A DNA stretch of 64,000 bases from an uncultured delta proteobacterium (GCA_963808625.1 CAWEHK010000024.1:31590-95589); one strand, 5' to 3'; positions 1 to 10,558 are shown, counted from the first letter of the stretch. Made by a program: numbers and translations. The notes: a model not told the origin generated them from the letters alone.

Positions 1-698
1 AGAGGAAGGATTTTACGATGTTGGTCGCTTTATTCGCGTCCATGTAATGCATGCGGTAAATGATGATAAGCGGTCTTGCGCCGGCCTTGTCGTCCTGCAG
101 CGTGGCGGCGTCTGCGACCGGCAGGCTGCTGCTCGAACTTCTTTGCACCGGCTGGATGTAATAGATGCCGTTTCGAGGCGACGATGGCGATATTGTTGGC
201 CTCATATACCCTGGTGACCATTTGCAATAGCTCATCTTTGGTAAAATCGCCTTCGAGATAGACGCTGATTCGACCCTGCAGCGCGGGGTCCGCCACATAG
301 TTTAGCTTGAGATAGTCCCCAAAAATCTGATTGGTGACCTCGGCGACGTCAGCTTTCTCGAAATTGAGCACAATCTTTTGTTTTTCCTTATCCGACCAGG
401 CAGGTCCCTGGGGCTTGCCCAGGGAAGACGCCCCGAGAAGGCCGTAATTGGAAGCTCCGGTTCTACTCGGGAGAGTGGTTCCTTTGCCTTTCTCATCGGC
501 CGCCGTATCAGCGGTTTTAGGACTGGGTGTCAGTTCTACGACCCATTCCTTGCTCGGGGCCTGGTCAGAGGTGAGGGGCGGCTGCGGAGGAGGACGAAGT
601 CCGGCATCGTGCTTGCCGGGACTCGGTTTGGAAGCGGTGGCACAAGCTTGGACAACAATCATTAGCATAAGTGATAGAAGCACCATGCGTATTTTCAT
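1..698 (-). CDS. gspD: Type II secretion secretin GspD, N-terminal part (lipoprotein signal); +1 frameshift near 175, continues off the window edge
   Basis: Signal peptide ending in VVQAC; N0-domain text IVLNFEKADVAEVTNQIFGDYLKLNYVADPALQGRIS; the alternate frame continues PRNGIYYIQPVQRSSSSSLP; last gene of the gsp cluster. Confidence 0.8.
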
Positions 699-792
699 GA
701 AACTGCCCTTTCCTGTTCTGTTTTTCCGGCATCACTCATAAGAAAGAAAGTCAAAATTCGACGTAAACGGCATTTAATAGTCATCTTCCATC

Positions 793-1380
793 CTAGGTCT
801 TTTCCCCCTTCTCCATCAATGCCGCCAGGATGACATTGATGACGAGGTCCGGGCCGGACTTGCGTTGTACCTTCTGGATATTGATTTCCTGGACCAGGAT
901 CGCGGTCTCAAAAGTCCGCAGGCGTTTCAGAAAGTAATTAAGTCCTTCAATGGTTGTCATAAAATTAAATCTAAGGTGCACCTCTTGGTAAAGACCATAC
1001 TCTTTACTGGCAAGCACCTGGTAGGTCTTGATATCCAGCAGTTTCTTCTGCTCACCTTTGGGCGAGAGCAAATCTCCCAGGGAAGCTGCGAGCTGATACG
1101 GGTCGTTGCCCCGGAAGAGACGTTTTTGCATCGCTTTCAATTCGCTTTCCTGCTTGATGAGATTTTCTTTAATGCTTTGAGCTTGAGTCAACTTCTCCTG
1201 ATATTTGTGGACGAGCTCGCCCTGTTGCTTAACTTTCAGCTCCAAATCCTCATTTTCCGAGGTCGTCGAAGCGACCCAAAGAAAGTGAGCCGTCAGCAGG
1301 GTCAGCAACACTGCGAGTGCCATGATTAAGGAAGATCGCTGCTTCTTGATTTCATGCAGCGAGAGTTTTGGAAGAATCAT
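793..1380 (-). CDS. gspM: Type II secretion protein GspM/PilO-like
   Basis: N-terminal TM helix, coiled coil and ferredoxin-like C-terminus; lies between the gspL-like gene and gspD. Confidence 0.7.
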   Translation of the reverse strand: MILPKLSLHEIKKQRSSLIMALAVLLTLLTAHFLWVASTTSENEDLELKVKQQGELVHKYQEKLTQAQSIKENLIKQESELKAMQKRLFRGNDPYQLAASLGDLLSPKGEQKKLLDIKTYQVLASKEYGLYQEVHLRFNFMTTIEGLNYFLKRLRTFETAILVQEINIQKVQRKSGPDLVINVILAALMEKGEKT

Positions 1381-1454
1381 CTTAATTTTCTCTATCTCTT
1401 CTGCGTTGCTGCCGTAAAGGCCTCATTCATTTGCAGTACAGGCCGCGCTATGAC

Positions 1455-2999
1455 TCACTCGTCGACTTCCGCATCATCGCTCGAGGCTTCTCCTTCCAGA
1501 TCCATTTCGTCCGTTGCTCCCGGAGGGTTGGTTTTCTTCAGCTTAGGGGCCGTTGAAGATGTGGCATTTTGGTCCGAAGCGGCGGCTTCGATGCTCTCTT
1601 CTGTCTTGTTGAGGCCCATCGCCTCGATCGTCTTTCGCAGTTTTTCCTGATCAACCTGCAACTGCACGTTAAATCGCTCGTCCTCAGACGTAGGGCTTCG
1701 AGTCACCGGCGAGGCAAAGCGCACATCACTGAAACCTTCGACCTTGGAGAGTTCGGAAAGGAACTTGATCGCGGATTTACTATCCCCGCGGAGAATGATC
1801 TGCCCCTTTCTAATCGAGAAATAATTCAGCCAGGTATCATCAGGGGTGGTCTGGGAGAGCAGGTCCAGGATTTCGAGCATGGGATATCCTTCAAGGTTGA
1901 ACTCGGAGAGCGTCTTCTGGTCTTCCTGGAACTTGGAGATACGAGACTGCAGTTCCTCGATGGGTTTCCACTGTGTTTCCAGTTGGGCGATCTCCTTCTT
2001 CAGACGGCGGCTTGCCTCCTGGATCTGACTATGGGTGTGCAACTCGTAAAGGGCAAAGATTGAGTACAGCCCCACCAGGGCGAGGAGCGGCCAGACGATC
2101 CTCGGGACTTTCCAGGGTTTGAGCAGCAGTGGTGCGTCAAAAGTCTCGATTTTGTCCTGTTCCAGGAGGTATGCTACCCAGTAGCCAACGAGGGGACCTT
2201 GAAGCGGTTCGATTTCGAAGGGGATTTCATCATGGCGCAGGCGTCGGCAGTCTTCAGCCTTGAGTGCTTCACCGTTGGTGCAAATCAGGTGGATGGGTGA
2301 AATCCGCGTGTCGTCGAGCCCGTTCTCGCTGAACCGTAAATGCTCGAGCAAAATCCGCAAGTTATCTCGATTCTCACCAATCAGCATCGAATCCAGGAAC
2401 TGGCCTTTGTAAAAGCGATGCAGCTCAAGGTGAGTAGGATCGATCCACCGCGCATAAACCTTGACTTCGGGTGTATCCGTTTGCACCTCGGGGGCAGCAA
2501 GGAAAGCCCGATATGCCAGGGAAGTGGGGATGACGCGAAAATTCAGGAAATTTGCCGCGCCGAGAACTTGATGAAATTTATCAAAAACATCGCGCTGTAA
2601 TGAAAAAATGGGCACCGACAAGTTGTGGTTCACAGCAACGGCCGGACCAGAAAAGTGCAGGGTGCGTTCATGCTCGAGAAATAGGTTCTCCTGCCAGTCA
2701 AAATTGAGGGCCTCCTGCAATTGATCCTGAAGCCCTGTGGGGTAGTGTTCCCGATGGAAAGCGTAGAAGCTGAGCGGAAGGAAAAGAACCAGGGTGGTTG
2801 CCTTCCTGTCTCTGGGCCGGAGGTTCAGGCGCTGGAGATAATCGTAGATCGGCTCTGATTCAGGTACATCAAAGTTTTCCACGGAATCGATCTGCCAGGA
2901 TCGCCACTGACGATGAGCGCGAAGGATTTCCACCCGCCGCTGCTCAACATATACCGCTAGCAGCTGCTTGGGGCGATGTTCGGTGGTGAATCTCAACAT
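1455..2999 (-). CDS. gspL: Type II secretion protein GspL-like (cytoplasmic domain + TM + PilN-like periplasmic domain)
   Basis: Single TM near residue 300 followed by PilN-type text LEILDLLSQTTPDDTWLNYFSI...VRFASPVTR; cluster position. Confidence 0.7.
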   Translation of the reverse strand: MLRFTTEHRPKQLLAVYVEQRRVEILRAHRQWRSWQIDSVENFDVPESEPIYDYLQRLNLRPRDRKATTLVLFLPLSFYAFHREHYPTGLQDQLQEALNFDWQENLFLEHERTLHFSGPAVAVNHNLSVPIFSLQRDVFDKFHQVLGAANFLNFRVIPTSLAYRAFLAAPEVQTDTPEVKVYARWIDPTHLELHRFYKGQFLDSMLIGENRDNLRILLEHLRFSENGLDDTRISPIHLICTNGEALKAEDCRRLRHDEIPFEIEPLQGPLVGYWVAYLLEQDKIETFDAPLLLKPWKVPRIVWPLLALVGLYSIFALYELHTHSQIQEASRRLKKEIAQLETQWKPIEELQSRISKFQEDQKTLSEFNLEGYPMLEILDLLSQTTPDDTWLNYFSIRKGQIILRGDSKSAIKFLSELSKVEGFSDVRFASPVTRSPTSEDERFNVQLQVDQEKLRKTIEAMGLNKTEESIEAAASDQNATSSTAPKLKKTNPPGATDEMDLEGEASSDDAEVDE

Positions 3000-3029
3000 C
3001 CGGTAATCCTTCTTGACGTCCAGCTCCCG

Positions 3030-3935
3030 CTACATAATCTTCCGGGATAGGACCTCGTAGCCATGTTTCGTTTCAGGAGCAAAACGAACAAACAGACAAA
3101 TCGTCACCGCTGGGGGACCATTGTAAGCCATTCCCGTGGAATAAATGCGATAAATCCCTCCATTCTGCCAGGAGATTATTCTTCTCTCGATTTCCTGTTC
3201 AAGATCAGGGTTGGGCAAAGCCGTGTTTGTACCATAAACGCTCAACATCTCAAATAAAGAATCTTTCCTGGGTAGCGTCGGGTTGGAAGTGGCTTCCGAG
3301 CCGCTCTCCTCCGAGGTTTCGCCTCCCCCCATGTAACCGTACAAGAGTTCTTCCGAGATCCCGGGGATGAGCAGCATTTGATCGAGAGTCAACAACGGTC
3401 CGTTAAAAGGGCCATAGGGCAGGCCTCGCCTCTTGTAATCCGATGCTTCCATACCGTGCAACCGCTTGAGATCATCCGGGTCCACAAAATCAGCAATGAC
3501 ATCAGCCAGTTCTTCGGCTGCGTATTCATGCATCCCCGCACCGATCATAACTTCCCTCATTTGCTCAGGACTGCTGAGGTTGACATTCACTTTGGTCATC
3601 TCCGATTCGATACTGACCACAGCCTCCCCGGTCTGATACTTCAGCACATGTTCAGCACCATCAGGCTGCCAGCTCAAATCCGGCCCTCTCTCCAGGCCTG
3701 AAGGCGGCGGCTGGCCCATCCGCGCCAGTGCTTCATAACAGCCCCCAATGGCGAGATAATGGGCTTGTGCCCGCCGAAACAGATGGATCTGGTCTTCCCC
3801 CTGTAATCGGGTCAACGCTCCGACCTGGAGCGTGAACCACATTACGAGAGCGCAGATCCACAGGACCGCAATCAGCACGACCCCTTGTTCTTGCTGCATC
3901 AGCTTCAGATGATCGGACACCCGCGGCATTGCCAT
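3030..3935 (-). CDS. gspK: Type II secretion minor pseudopilin GspK
   Basis: Prepilin-like QGVVLIAVLW lacking E5; KVNVN and IADFVDPDD motifs; LLIPGISEEL. Confidence 0.85.
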   Translation of the reverse strand: MAMPRVSDHLKLMQQEQGVVLIAVLWICALVMWFTLQVGALTRLQGEDQIHLFRRAQAHYLAIGGCYEALARMGQPPPSGLERGPDLSWQPDGAEHVLKYQTGEAVVSIESEMTKVNVNLSSPEQMREVMIGAGMHEYAAEELADVIADFVDPDDLKRLHGMEASDYKRRGLPYGPFNGPLLTLDQMLLIPGISEELLYGYMGGGETSEESGSEATSNPTLPRKDSLFEMLSVYGTNTALPNPDLEQEIERRIISWQNGGIYRIYSTGMAYNGPPAVTICLFVRFAPETKHGYEVLSRKIM

Positions 3936-3966
3936 CCCTTTCCTCAGCTTCTCGAGTCCCTTTCCC

Positions 3967-4680
3967 TCAAAGCTTTCCCCTCTTCTTGGGTGTGACCTTT
4001 TTCAGACCTGATTTCTCCGCGTCGCTGTCCACGATCTCCTTGGCAAAAGGAGCGTTAATGAACATGACTGCGGAGAACACGGGGGAACCCTCCCCAGCGG
4101 TGCATTTAGCGACTACGGCAGAGGGTATGCCGAGCTCCTCGTCCACCGCCGAAGCCATTTCATCGCCTTTGCCACTGGCATAAGAGAGGGAGCAGACCCC
4201 AACCTCCATAGCGTAAAAACGTGGCCAGGAATTCGTCTCCCCCGTACCCATCTGGAGGAATCGCTGAATCGGTTCCGGGTGATACGGATCGAGCGGCATT
4301 TCAGCATAGAAGACCGTTCCTTCCGAGGTGAAAACATACCGCGCAACCACCGGCAACCCCTTTGAAATAGCCCTGACTGAATACTGGGTGGCAAAGGCAA
4401 GGGATTGCTCGTTTCCCTGGAAAATGGCCCGCTGCTTCCCGTCATGATTGATCAAAACCGGCTCAAAGTCGGCCAGTTGCCATTTGAGCAGTTCAAGGAG
4501 ACTCGGGATGTCACTGGGTTCGCGATTCTGCTGGCGCTCCCATACGCGGAGCGAGAGCGAGAGTGCAACCGAGAATATGCCAATAACCATGGCAGAAATC
4601 GTGGTGGCCAGGACCAGTTCCACCAGGGTAAAGCCGGAGGATTGTGCCAAAAGCCGCTTCCCTTTTAGCGGGTTCACCAT
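3967..4680 (-). CDS. gspJ: Type II secretion minor pseudopilin GspJ-like (start trimmed to MVNPLKG)
   Basis: Prepilin cleavage motif SGFTLVELVLA; position between gspI and gspK. Confidence 0.75.
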   Translation of the reverse strand: MVNPLKGKRLLAQSSGFTLVELVLATTISAMVIGIFSVALSLSLRVWERQQNREPSDIPSLLELLKWQLADFEPVLINHDGKQRAIFQGNEQSLAFATQYSVRAISKGLPVVARYVFTSEGTVFYAEMPLDPYHPEPIQRFLQMGTGETNSWPRFYAMEVGVCSLSYASGKGDEMASAVDEELGIPSAVVAKCTAGEGSPVFSAVMFINAPFAKEIVDSDAEKSGLKKVTPKKRGKL

Positions 4681-4681
4681 T

Positions 4682-5113
4682 CTAATCCAACACCCCGTCG
4701 GCTGCTTTCCCTCCCTCTGAGGGAGTAACGTAAAGACTGAATTCCAGCATTTGCCCACGGCATTCCAACACAACCCGATAGAGCTCTCCGGGGCGGCTTG
4801 GGACCCTTTTCCGCTCCGGCAGTTCCTCTTTTTCAAACAGGATATTGATGCGGGGTGCGCCGGGTTCGCTGCCAATGGCTAAGTCGCCGGTGACGGCCTT
4901 TTCCGGGTTCGCGAGAATTTCCTGGGCAGCAGACTCCAATAGCGGTTGGATTTGGCTTCTTTCCTTCAAGCGCTGGCTATATTGAAGAGATACCGAGATC
5001 AATCCCATAAGGCCGCCCAGAATCAGTGCCCCCAAGACGAGACTGACCATGACTTCCAAGAGGGTGAAGCCCCCCTTGGTCGAGTAACACCCGCGTTCAA
5101 AGCTTCCCTTCAT
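4682..5113 (-). CDS. gspI: Type II secretion minor pseudopilin GspI-like
   Basis: GGFTLLEVMVSL prepilin motif; 143 aa. Confidence 0.75.
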   Translation of the reverse strand: MKGSFERGCYSTKGGFTLLEVMVSLVLGALILGGLMGLISVSLQYSQRLKERSQIQPLLESAAQEILANPEKAVTGDLAIGSEPGAPRINILFEKEELPERKRVPSRPGELYRVVLECRGQMLEFSLYVTPSEGGKAADGVLD

Positions 5114-5574
5114 CGCGATTCAACTTTGTACACATGCACCGTACCGAAAAGAGGATTGATGGCAAGGTGAAAGGTGCGATCCTGATCAAAAGTGAGCTCC
5201 AGGTCACTCCCAGAAATGCTCCCGTCAGGAAAAAAGAGGATGAGGCTGTCCTTGGTTTCCGGGTCCGTTTCGAGAAAATTCGCATCAATGTCCACGTTGT
5301 CAGGTATCGGTTTCCGAGGAGGAAGCGCGAGGTCATAGACCCGTTCGGAACCGCGAATCCGGAAAGCCACGATGGTCCCTGAATTCATCGCACGCAAGCG
5401 GGCACGCTTGAGCGTTTGCACGAATTCCTGCAGGAATTCACGATCTTCCATCTTCCTCCAGCTTGCTCCCACGCGCGGCAGCACAAGGCCAATCGTAAGA
5501 CCCAGAATAACCAGGACGACAACGAGCTCGATGAGAGTAAACCCGGGGGAACTCCGCTGATAGAAATCGCGCAT
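5110..5574 (-). CDS. gspH: Type II secretion minor pseudopilin GspH-like
   Basis: PGFTLIELVVVLVILG motif; ARLRAM and ILFFPDGSISG, typical of GspH/FimT. Confidence 0.75.
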   Translation of the reverse strand: MRDFYQRSSPGFTLIELVVVLVILGLTIGLVLPRVGASWRKMEDREFLQEFVQTLKRARLRAMNSGTIVAFRIRGSERVYDLALPPRKPIPDNVDIDANFLETDPETKDSLILFFPDGSISGSDLELTFDQDRTFHLAINPLFGTVHVYKVESR

Positions 5575-5656
5575 AAAGACGGCCTTCACTCTCTCTTCTC
5601 GCCGCGAGGGATACCAAGCAGCAAACAACGGAAAAATACCGTATCCCCCGGGAGCC

Positions 5657-6844
5657 CTAAAACTTGATTTCATTAATGCCAAAAATGGCCGTGAACATGC
5701 TCAAGACCATGGTGCCTATCATCAGGGCGGTCACGATAATGACTGCCGGTTCCAGCAAGATCATCAATCTTTGAATCCGCCGCTGCAATTCCCCCTCGAA
5801 GTGGTCACCCAGCGCCAGCAGACCTTCACCGAGGTTACCTTGTTCTTCGGCAATGCGAAGCATGGTCCCCAAGCGGCTCGGGAACGGTTGATGGGTCCGG
5901 AAGAAATTACTCATCGAATGGCCTGCCTTGATCTCCCGATGCACAGGGGCGATTGCCTCCTTGAGCACGCTGTTGATAAGCAGCTCCTGTCCGAGACTGA
6001 GGGCGCGCAGCAACGGCACTCCCGCCTGAATCATCGTGCCGAGGGTCCGGCAAAACCGGGCGAGTTCACTGTAAAGGATCAAGTATTGGGTAAAGGGAAT
6101 GCGAAAGAGAAGGCGGTCCAGAACCCGCCGGGCTTTGGGTTGCCGGTAAAGATAGCGTCCGCCCCAAAAGCCGGCAGCCAGGAGCAGCGGAAAAATCCAG
6201 CCGTATTCCTTAACTATGATTCCTGTCTGAAGCATGATCTGTGTCAGGAAGGGCACCTTCTGATTCAAATCTTGGAAGATCTGCGCAAACTTAGGGATAA
6301 CGTATACGAGTAGAATAACCATCGATACGGCACTGGTGCCAAGAAGAATGCACGGATAGATCATCGAGGAAACCAGACTCTGCCGGAATGCCCGGCGCTG
6401 TTCGAGGTATTGGGCCAGGCGTTTCGTGATGGGACCGAGGGTGGCGCTGGCTTCTCCCGCCCTCACCATGTGGTCTGAAAGCTCCCCAAAAACGTCGCGA
6501 TATTTGCCGATGGCGCCCGAGAGGTCCGCCCCCCCCTGGACTTCGCCGAGGAGGTCCTGCACGACATTCTGGAAAACCTTGTGCGTCTGATTGGTGCTGA
6601 TCAGCGCCAGCGCCCGGTCCACGGGCAAGCCTGCAGTGAGCAGATCAGACAGATCGTAGAAAAAACGGATGATGTGTTCTTCGGGGACGCGTCGCGGTTT
6701 CCGGCTCTTGATCGCTTTGATCTTGACGGGATAGAGCCTGCTGGATTTCAGTTTGCGCGCGGCCTCCGGTTCGGATAATGCCTCCAAGACCCCTTTGTGA
6801 ACCGTGCCCTGCAGGTCGCGGGCCTGATACTGATAGTATCCCAT
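5657..6844 (-). CDS. gspF: Type II secretion inner-membrane platform protein GspF
   Basis: Two T2SSF repeats (LLTAGLPVDRAL...MVRAGEAS; MIQAGVPLLRAL...IAEEQGNL...LLEP). Confidence 0.92.
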   Translation of the reverse strand: MGYYQYQARDLQGTVHKGVLEALSEPEAARKLKSSRLYPVKIKAIKSRKPRRVPEEHIIRFFYDLSDLLTAGLPVDRALALISTNQTHKVFQNVVQDLLGEVQGGADLSGAIGKYRDVFGELSDHMVRAGEASATLGPITKRLAQYLEQRRAFRQSLVSSMIYPCILLGTSAVSMVILLVYVIPKFAQIFQDLNQKVPFLTQIMLQTGIIVKEYGWIFPLLLAAGFWGGRYLYRQPKARRVLDRLLFRIPFTQYLILYSELARFCRTLGTMIQAGVPLLRALSLGQELLINSVLKEAIAPVHREIKAGHSMSNFFRTHQPFPSRLGTMLRIAEEQGNLGEGLLALGDHFEGELQRRIQRLMILLEPAVIIVTALMIGTMVLSMFTAIFGINEIKF

Positions 6845-6890
6845 GGTGGTGTCAACTACCCTCTACAAATTGAAATCCCATCACAAGCGA

Positions 6891-8600
6891 TTATCCCGAC
6901 AAGGAAAGACTGGTCACCCTGAGCACCTCCGACAGGGTGGTCACACCATCCACGACTTTGCGGAAGCCGTGATGAATCAGCGGGCGATAAGTCTCATGAA
7001 AGGCAGCCTGGGAAATGGTTCCGGCATCTTTTCCCGCGACAATTAAAGAACGAATGGCGTCGCTCACCGGCAGCACTTCAAAGATGGCCTGACGACCCCG
7101 AAAGCCGGTGTAACCGCACTTCTCGCAACCCTTATTATGGTACAGGGTAAGCGGCGAGGGGACTTCGGACAGGACTTCCCTGATGCGCATCTGGTCAACG
7201 TCGCGCGCCTCGTAAGGCTCTTTACAGAGCGGACATAGCAGGCGTACCAGGCGTTGCGCCAGAATGGCAAGGAGTGAGTCAGCCATGAGAAAAGACTCGA
7301 TACCGATGTCCCGGAGCCGCGTAATGGCCCCCGGGGCGTCGTTGGTGTGCAGTGTGGAGAGCACCAGATGACCGGTCAGCGCCGATTCTATGGCAATATC
7401 AGCGGTCTCCTTGTCACGAATTTCCCCGATGAGGAGCACATCGGGGTCCTGGCGCACCAGGGACCGCAACGCATTGGCGAAGGTCAGATCAATCTGGGGC
7501 TTTACCTGCACCTGGTTGATCCCGCTGATCTGGTACTCGACGGGGTCTTCGACCGTGATGATCTTCCTGGTTATCGAGTTCAATTTTCTGAGGACGCCAT
7601 AGAGAGTGGTGGTTTTTCCGGATCCGGTCGGCCCGGTGACGAGGATCATCCCAAAAGGTCGCTCAATCAGATTTTCGATATATTCCAGGTGCTGGGAGTC
7701 CATTCCCAGGCTGTTCAGGCTGTAGTCCACTGATTCCTGAGCGAGCAGTCTCAGAACAACACTTTCACCGTATATGGTCGGCACACAGGAGACACGGATA
7801 TCGACCTCGCGATTGCCGAATTTCAATTTGATTTTTCCGTCCTGAGGCAGACGCCTTTCCGCGATATTGAGATTGGCCATGAGTTTCAAGCGGCTGATAA
7901 TTGCCGCCTGCATGGTTTTGGGAGGTTGATCCAGATCATAGAGGACCCCGTCGACACGGCTGCGGACTTGAAAAGTTCGCTCGAAGGGCTCAAAGTGAAT
8001 GTCCGAAGCGCGCATGTCCAATGCCCGCGAGATCAAGACATTCACCAGACGCACGATCGGTGCCTCCTGGGCTAACCCCCGGAGGTGCTCCAGGTCCTCT
8101 TCAAAGGAGTCCGGATTGAAACCGCCTCCCTCCCCGTCGCGCGAAAGGGCTTCGGCTTCGCGCGCTGCCGTGCCGTAGAGGCGGTCAATTGACGTCCGGA
8201 TTTCCTCGCGCTGCCCGAGACACAGATTGAGCTCCATACCCGCGAAGTAACTGCCCAGAATATTCAAAATCGGCAGGTTCAGAGGGTTATTCACCACCAC
8301 CCGCACGCTGCCGCTCTCCACCTGGATCGGAAGCACCGCGTGCTTTCTCAAAAAGAACATGGAGACGCCCTCAAGGAGTACGGGCTTTTCGGGATAGTCG
8401 TCACGTTCCAGCAGAGGCAACTGCAGGTAGTCTGAGAGCACGTGAAGGACTCGTCTTTCGTCGGTGAATCCAATCCCTTCAAAGGCTTCCATCAAGGGAA
8501 TTCCCTCGACAAAGCAAGACGCCTGAAGCTGCCTCAGTTGATCGTCCAACAGATTAAATTCTTTCTGAAATGCATTCAGAAGAGATGGCGGTTGGGACAT
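6891..8600 (-). CDS. gspE: Type II secretion ATPase GspE
   Basis: ASDIHFEP, RRLPQDG, Walker A GPTGSGKTTT, TVEDPVE, RQDPDVLLIGEIRD, TGHLVLSTLHTN and tetracysteine motif. Confidence 0.95.
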   Translation of the reverse strand: MSQPPSLLNAFQKEFNLLDDQLRQLQASCFVEGIPLMEAFEGIGFTDERRVLHVLSDYLQLPLLERDDYPEKPVLLEGVSMFFLRKHAVLPIQVESGSVRVVVNNPLNLPILNILGSYFAGMELNLCLGQREEIRTSIDRLYGTAAREAEALSRDGEGGGFNPDSFEEDLEHLRGLAQEAPIVRLVNVLISRALDMRASDIHFEPFERTFQVRSRVDGVLYDLDQPPKTMQAAIISRLKLMANLNIAERRLPQDGKIKLKFGNREVDIRVSCVPTIYGESVVLRLLAQESVDYSLNSLGMDSQHLEYIENLIERPFGMILVTGPTGSGKTTTLYGVLRKLNSITRKIITVEDPVEYQISGINQVQVKPQIDLTFANALRSLVRQDPDVLLIGEIRDKETADIAIESALTGHLVLSTLHTNDAPGAITRLRDIGIESFLMADSLLAILAQRLVRLLCPLCKEPYEARDVDQMRIREVLSEVPSPLTLYHNKGCEKCGYTGFRGRQAIFEVLPVSDAIRSLIVAGKDAGTISQAAFHETYRPLIHHGFRKVVDGVTTLSEVLRVTSLSLSG

Positions 8601-8780
8601 ATAAACTCCTGAATAAAGAACAATTCTTTTTGCACCGTCACTTAACAGATCCATTTTGAAAAGTAAATGTCATTGCCTTTACGGAAGGCGAACGAAAAAA
8701 ACAAGGAAATTCAGCTGATGACGATGGGTGTGAACAGAAGTGGGAGTTGGAAATTACTGAAAGGCAGGGTCTTCTGTCCT

Positions 8781-8855
8781 GGTGGGCACGGTAAAGCTGT
8801 GCCCACCCTACAATTGGGCCACGGCGTAGGGTGGGCGCGTCTTTTTGCTCCCACC
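8781..8855. repeat. GTAG-type REP-like palindrome pair
   Basis: GGTGGGCACGGTAAAGCTGTGCCCACCCTAC and GTAGGGTGGGCGCGTCTTTTTGCTCCCACC in the gspE/gspC intergenic region. Confidence 0.6.
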
Positions 8856-9021
8856 GAAACCATGCAGGCTCATTCGCAATCAGGTAATGGTCACATGAGG
8901 CCACGGCGAACTCCCACTTCTGACTACACCCGATGACGATAGATTGCTTTGCAGATATGGGCAAAAGGAGTATAGTAGAAAATCAGGCAATTAGGGTTTC
9001 ACACCGGGCAAGGAGTGGAGG

Positions 9022-9736
9022 ATGCAGTTCAGAAGGGTTGTGACCTTTTGGTTGGCCGTATCGGCGGTTTGGTTATGGTGCTTGGCCTCTGATGGCGCTT
9101 GCACCTCGGTGATGGTGGAGAAGAACCTCTTCGCTCAGGATCGGAAGCCGCCCTCGCCTGAATCAGCCGCGCAAGCCCCGCAACCAAGCAAACCTGGCCT
9201 CTCTGTGAAAGCGTTCCAACTCGATGGGGTTTTCATCCGAGGTGACATCAAGAAGGCCATCGTGCGGGTAAAGGGGCAGCTCCCCGGGGCCGACAAAACC
9301 AAGCCGCAAAATCCCTACATTACGGTGGGTGAGGGTGAAAAGCTTGGTGATTTCCAGGTGGTCAAAATTGAGCCGCGCAGCATCTCGTTGGAAAAAGATG
9401 GGCAGACCGAGGTGGTGAATCTCTTCGCCGAGGGCAAGGTGGTAGTCCCCGCTCCACCGGTACCCTCATCCCCGATGCCTGTTGTTGCTCCTCCCGCACC
9501 CCCTCAGCCGGTACAGGTGCCGCCGGCGGGAATGCCGCCTCCGATGGCTGGACAACCGCCCCAACCGCCTATGCAGCAGGGCCAGGCGGGGGGACACATG
9601 CCCGGGGTTGCCCAGCCTCCGCCATGTTGCGAACCAACCCGGTGGCCGCCGTGTTGCCCCACCGCCGGATCAGAATCAGCCCGATCTTGAGCCTGAAGAC
9701 GAGGGCGACGTCGAAGAAGAAGAGCCCGGCACCTAG
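9022..9736 (+). CDS. GspC/PilP-like T2SS accessory protein with Pro-rich, acidic tail (probable frameshift near 9630)
   Basis: Hydrophobic N-terminus; FQLDGVFI...GEGEKLGDFQVVKIEPRSISLE resembles the GspC HR domain; divergent from gspE. Confidence 0.55.
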
Positions 9737-9770
9737 TACTGCAACGACGTTTCCGCAGGGGACCTCAATG

Positions 9771-9836
9771 TGTGGGCCCAGGCTCCCCAGCCTGCCATGA
9801 CGAACGGGCCAGAGGGCAGGCTCGAAAGCCTTACCA
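9771..9836. repeat. Degenerate REP-like doublet (GGCAGGCTTTCCAGCCTGCC family)
   Basis: Similar to the copies at 25787, 28023 and 32214. Confidence 0.6.
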
Positions 9837-9919
9837 GCCGGTGCTCTGCCCATCTGAAGACGGCATAAGGGGAGAGGGGCGCTTGCGCAGCAGGCCCTTC
9901 GGAACCGGAACGCTTCTGC

Positions 9920-10354
9920 TCACAGGAATTGCTTGTAGTACAGAGAACTGCTTAGCACAAGACCCGTACCAATGGTCAAATAGATCGCGGCAAGCAAGAG
10001 TCGCGAGAGGTGTGAATGGCGAAGCGTTATGCCCAGGATGACCATTACGAGAATCAGAAGGTAGCTGCGCCAGGCCTGGAAGGCAAAAAAGCATACGCGC
10101 TCAGGCTGTTGGGCAATGCGCCTGATATTCCTCTGCGCAATTGCCGAAAAACCCAGGCGATAGGCCAAAATTCCGAGGCCGACTCCCACTGCGGCAGTCA
10201 CCATGCTCTGAGGCCATTCGCAATGAGAGAGCCAGTAACAGGCAGCGAGGCAGAGTGCGATTCCCACTCCGGACCAGAGCAATCCGGCAATGAGCAGCAG
10301 CCAATATCGAGCAACTGCGGGAGTATACTTTCTCTCCACTGATCTTTTTGACAA
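9920..10354 (-). CDS. Hypothetical 4-TM membrane protein
   Basis: 144 aa with four hydrophobic segments; GGAG upstream. Confidence 0.7.
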   Translation of the reverse strand: MSKRSVERKYTPAVARYWLLLIAGLLWSGVGIALCLAACYWLSHCEWPQSMVTAAVGVGLGILAYRLGFSAIAQRNIRRIAQQPERVCFFAFQAWRSYLLILVMVILGITLRHSHLSRLLLAAIYLTIGTGLVLSSSLYYKQFL

Positions 10355-10458
10355 AAACTCCTCCGTTCACGAAAACCGTTCAAGGTATTCATCCCAACGC
10401 TCTCCAGATCAAAGCCCCTTAGTACCGCTCAACAGAAGAAAGTGACCGATGTCCTTTT

Positions 10459-10521
10459 CGTCATTCCGGGGGCAGCCGGAATCCAGAAAGGTACTGGATG
10501 CGGGTGTTCACCGGCACGACG
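10459..10521. repeat. GTCATTCCG...GGAATCCAG / CTGGATG...CACGAC nested-hairpin repeat
   Basis: CGTCATTCCGGGGGCAGCCGGAATCCAG-aaaggta-CTGGATGCGGGTGTTCACCGGCACGACG; two hairpins inside an outer inverted repeat. Confidence 0.55.
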
Positions 10522-10558
10522 GTGTGGCTATTGGACACTTATCTCAGTGCTGCTGTAA

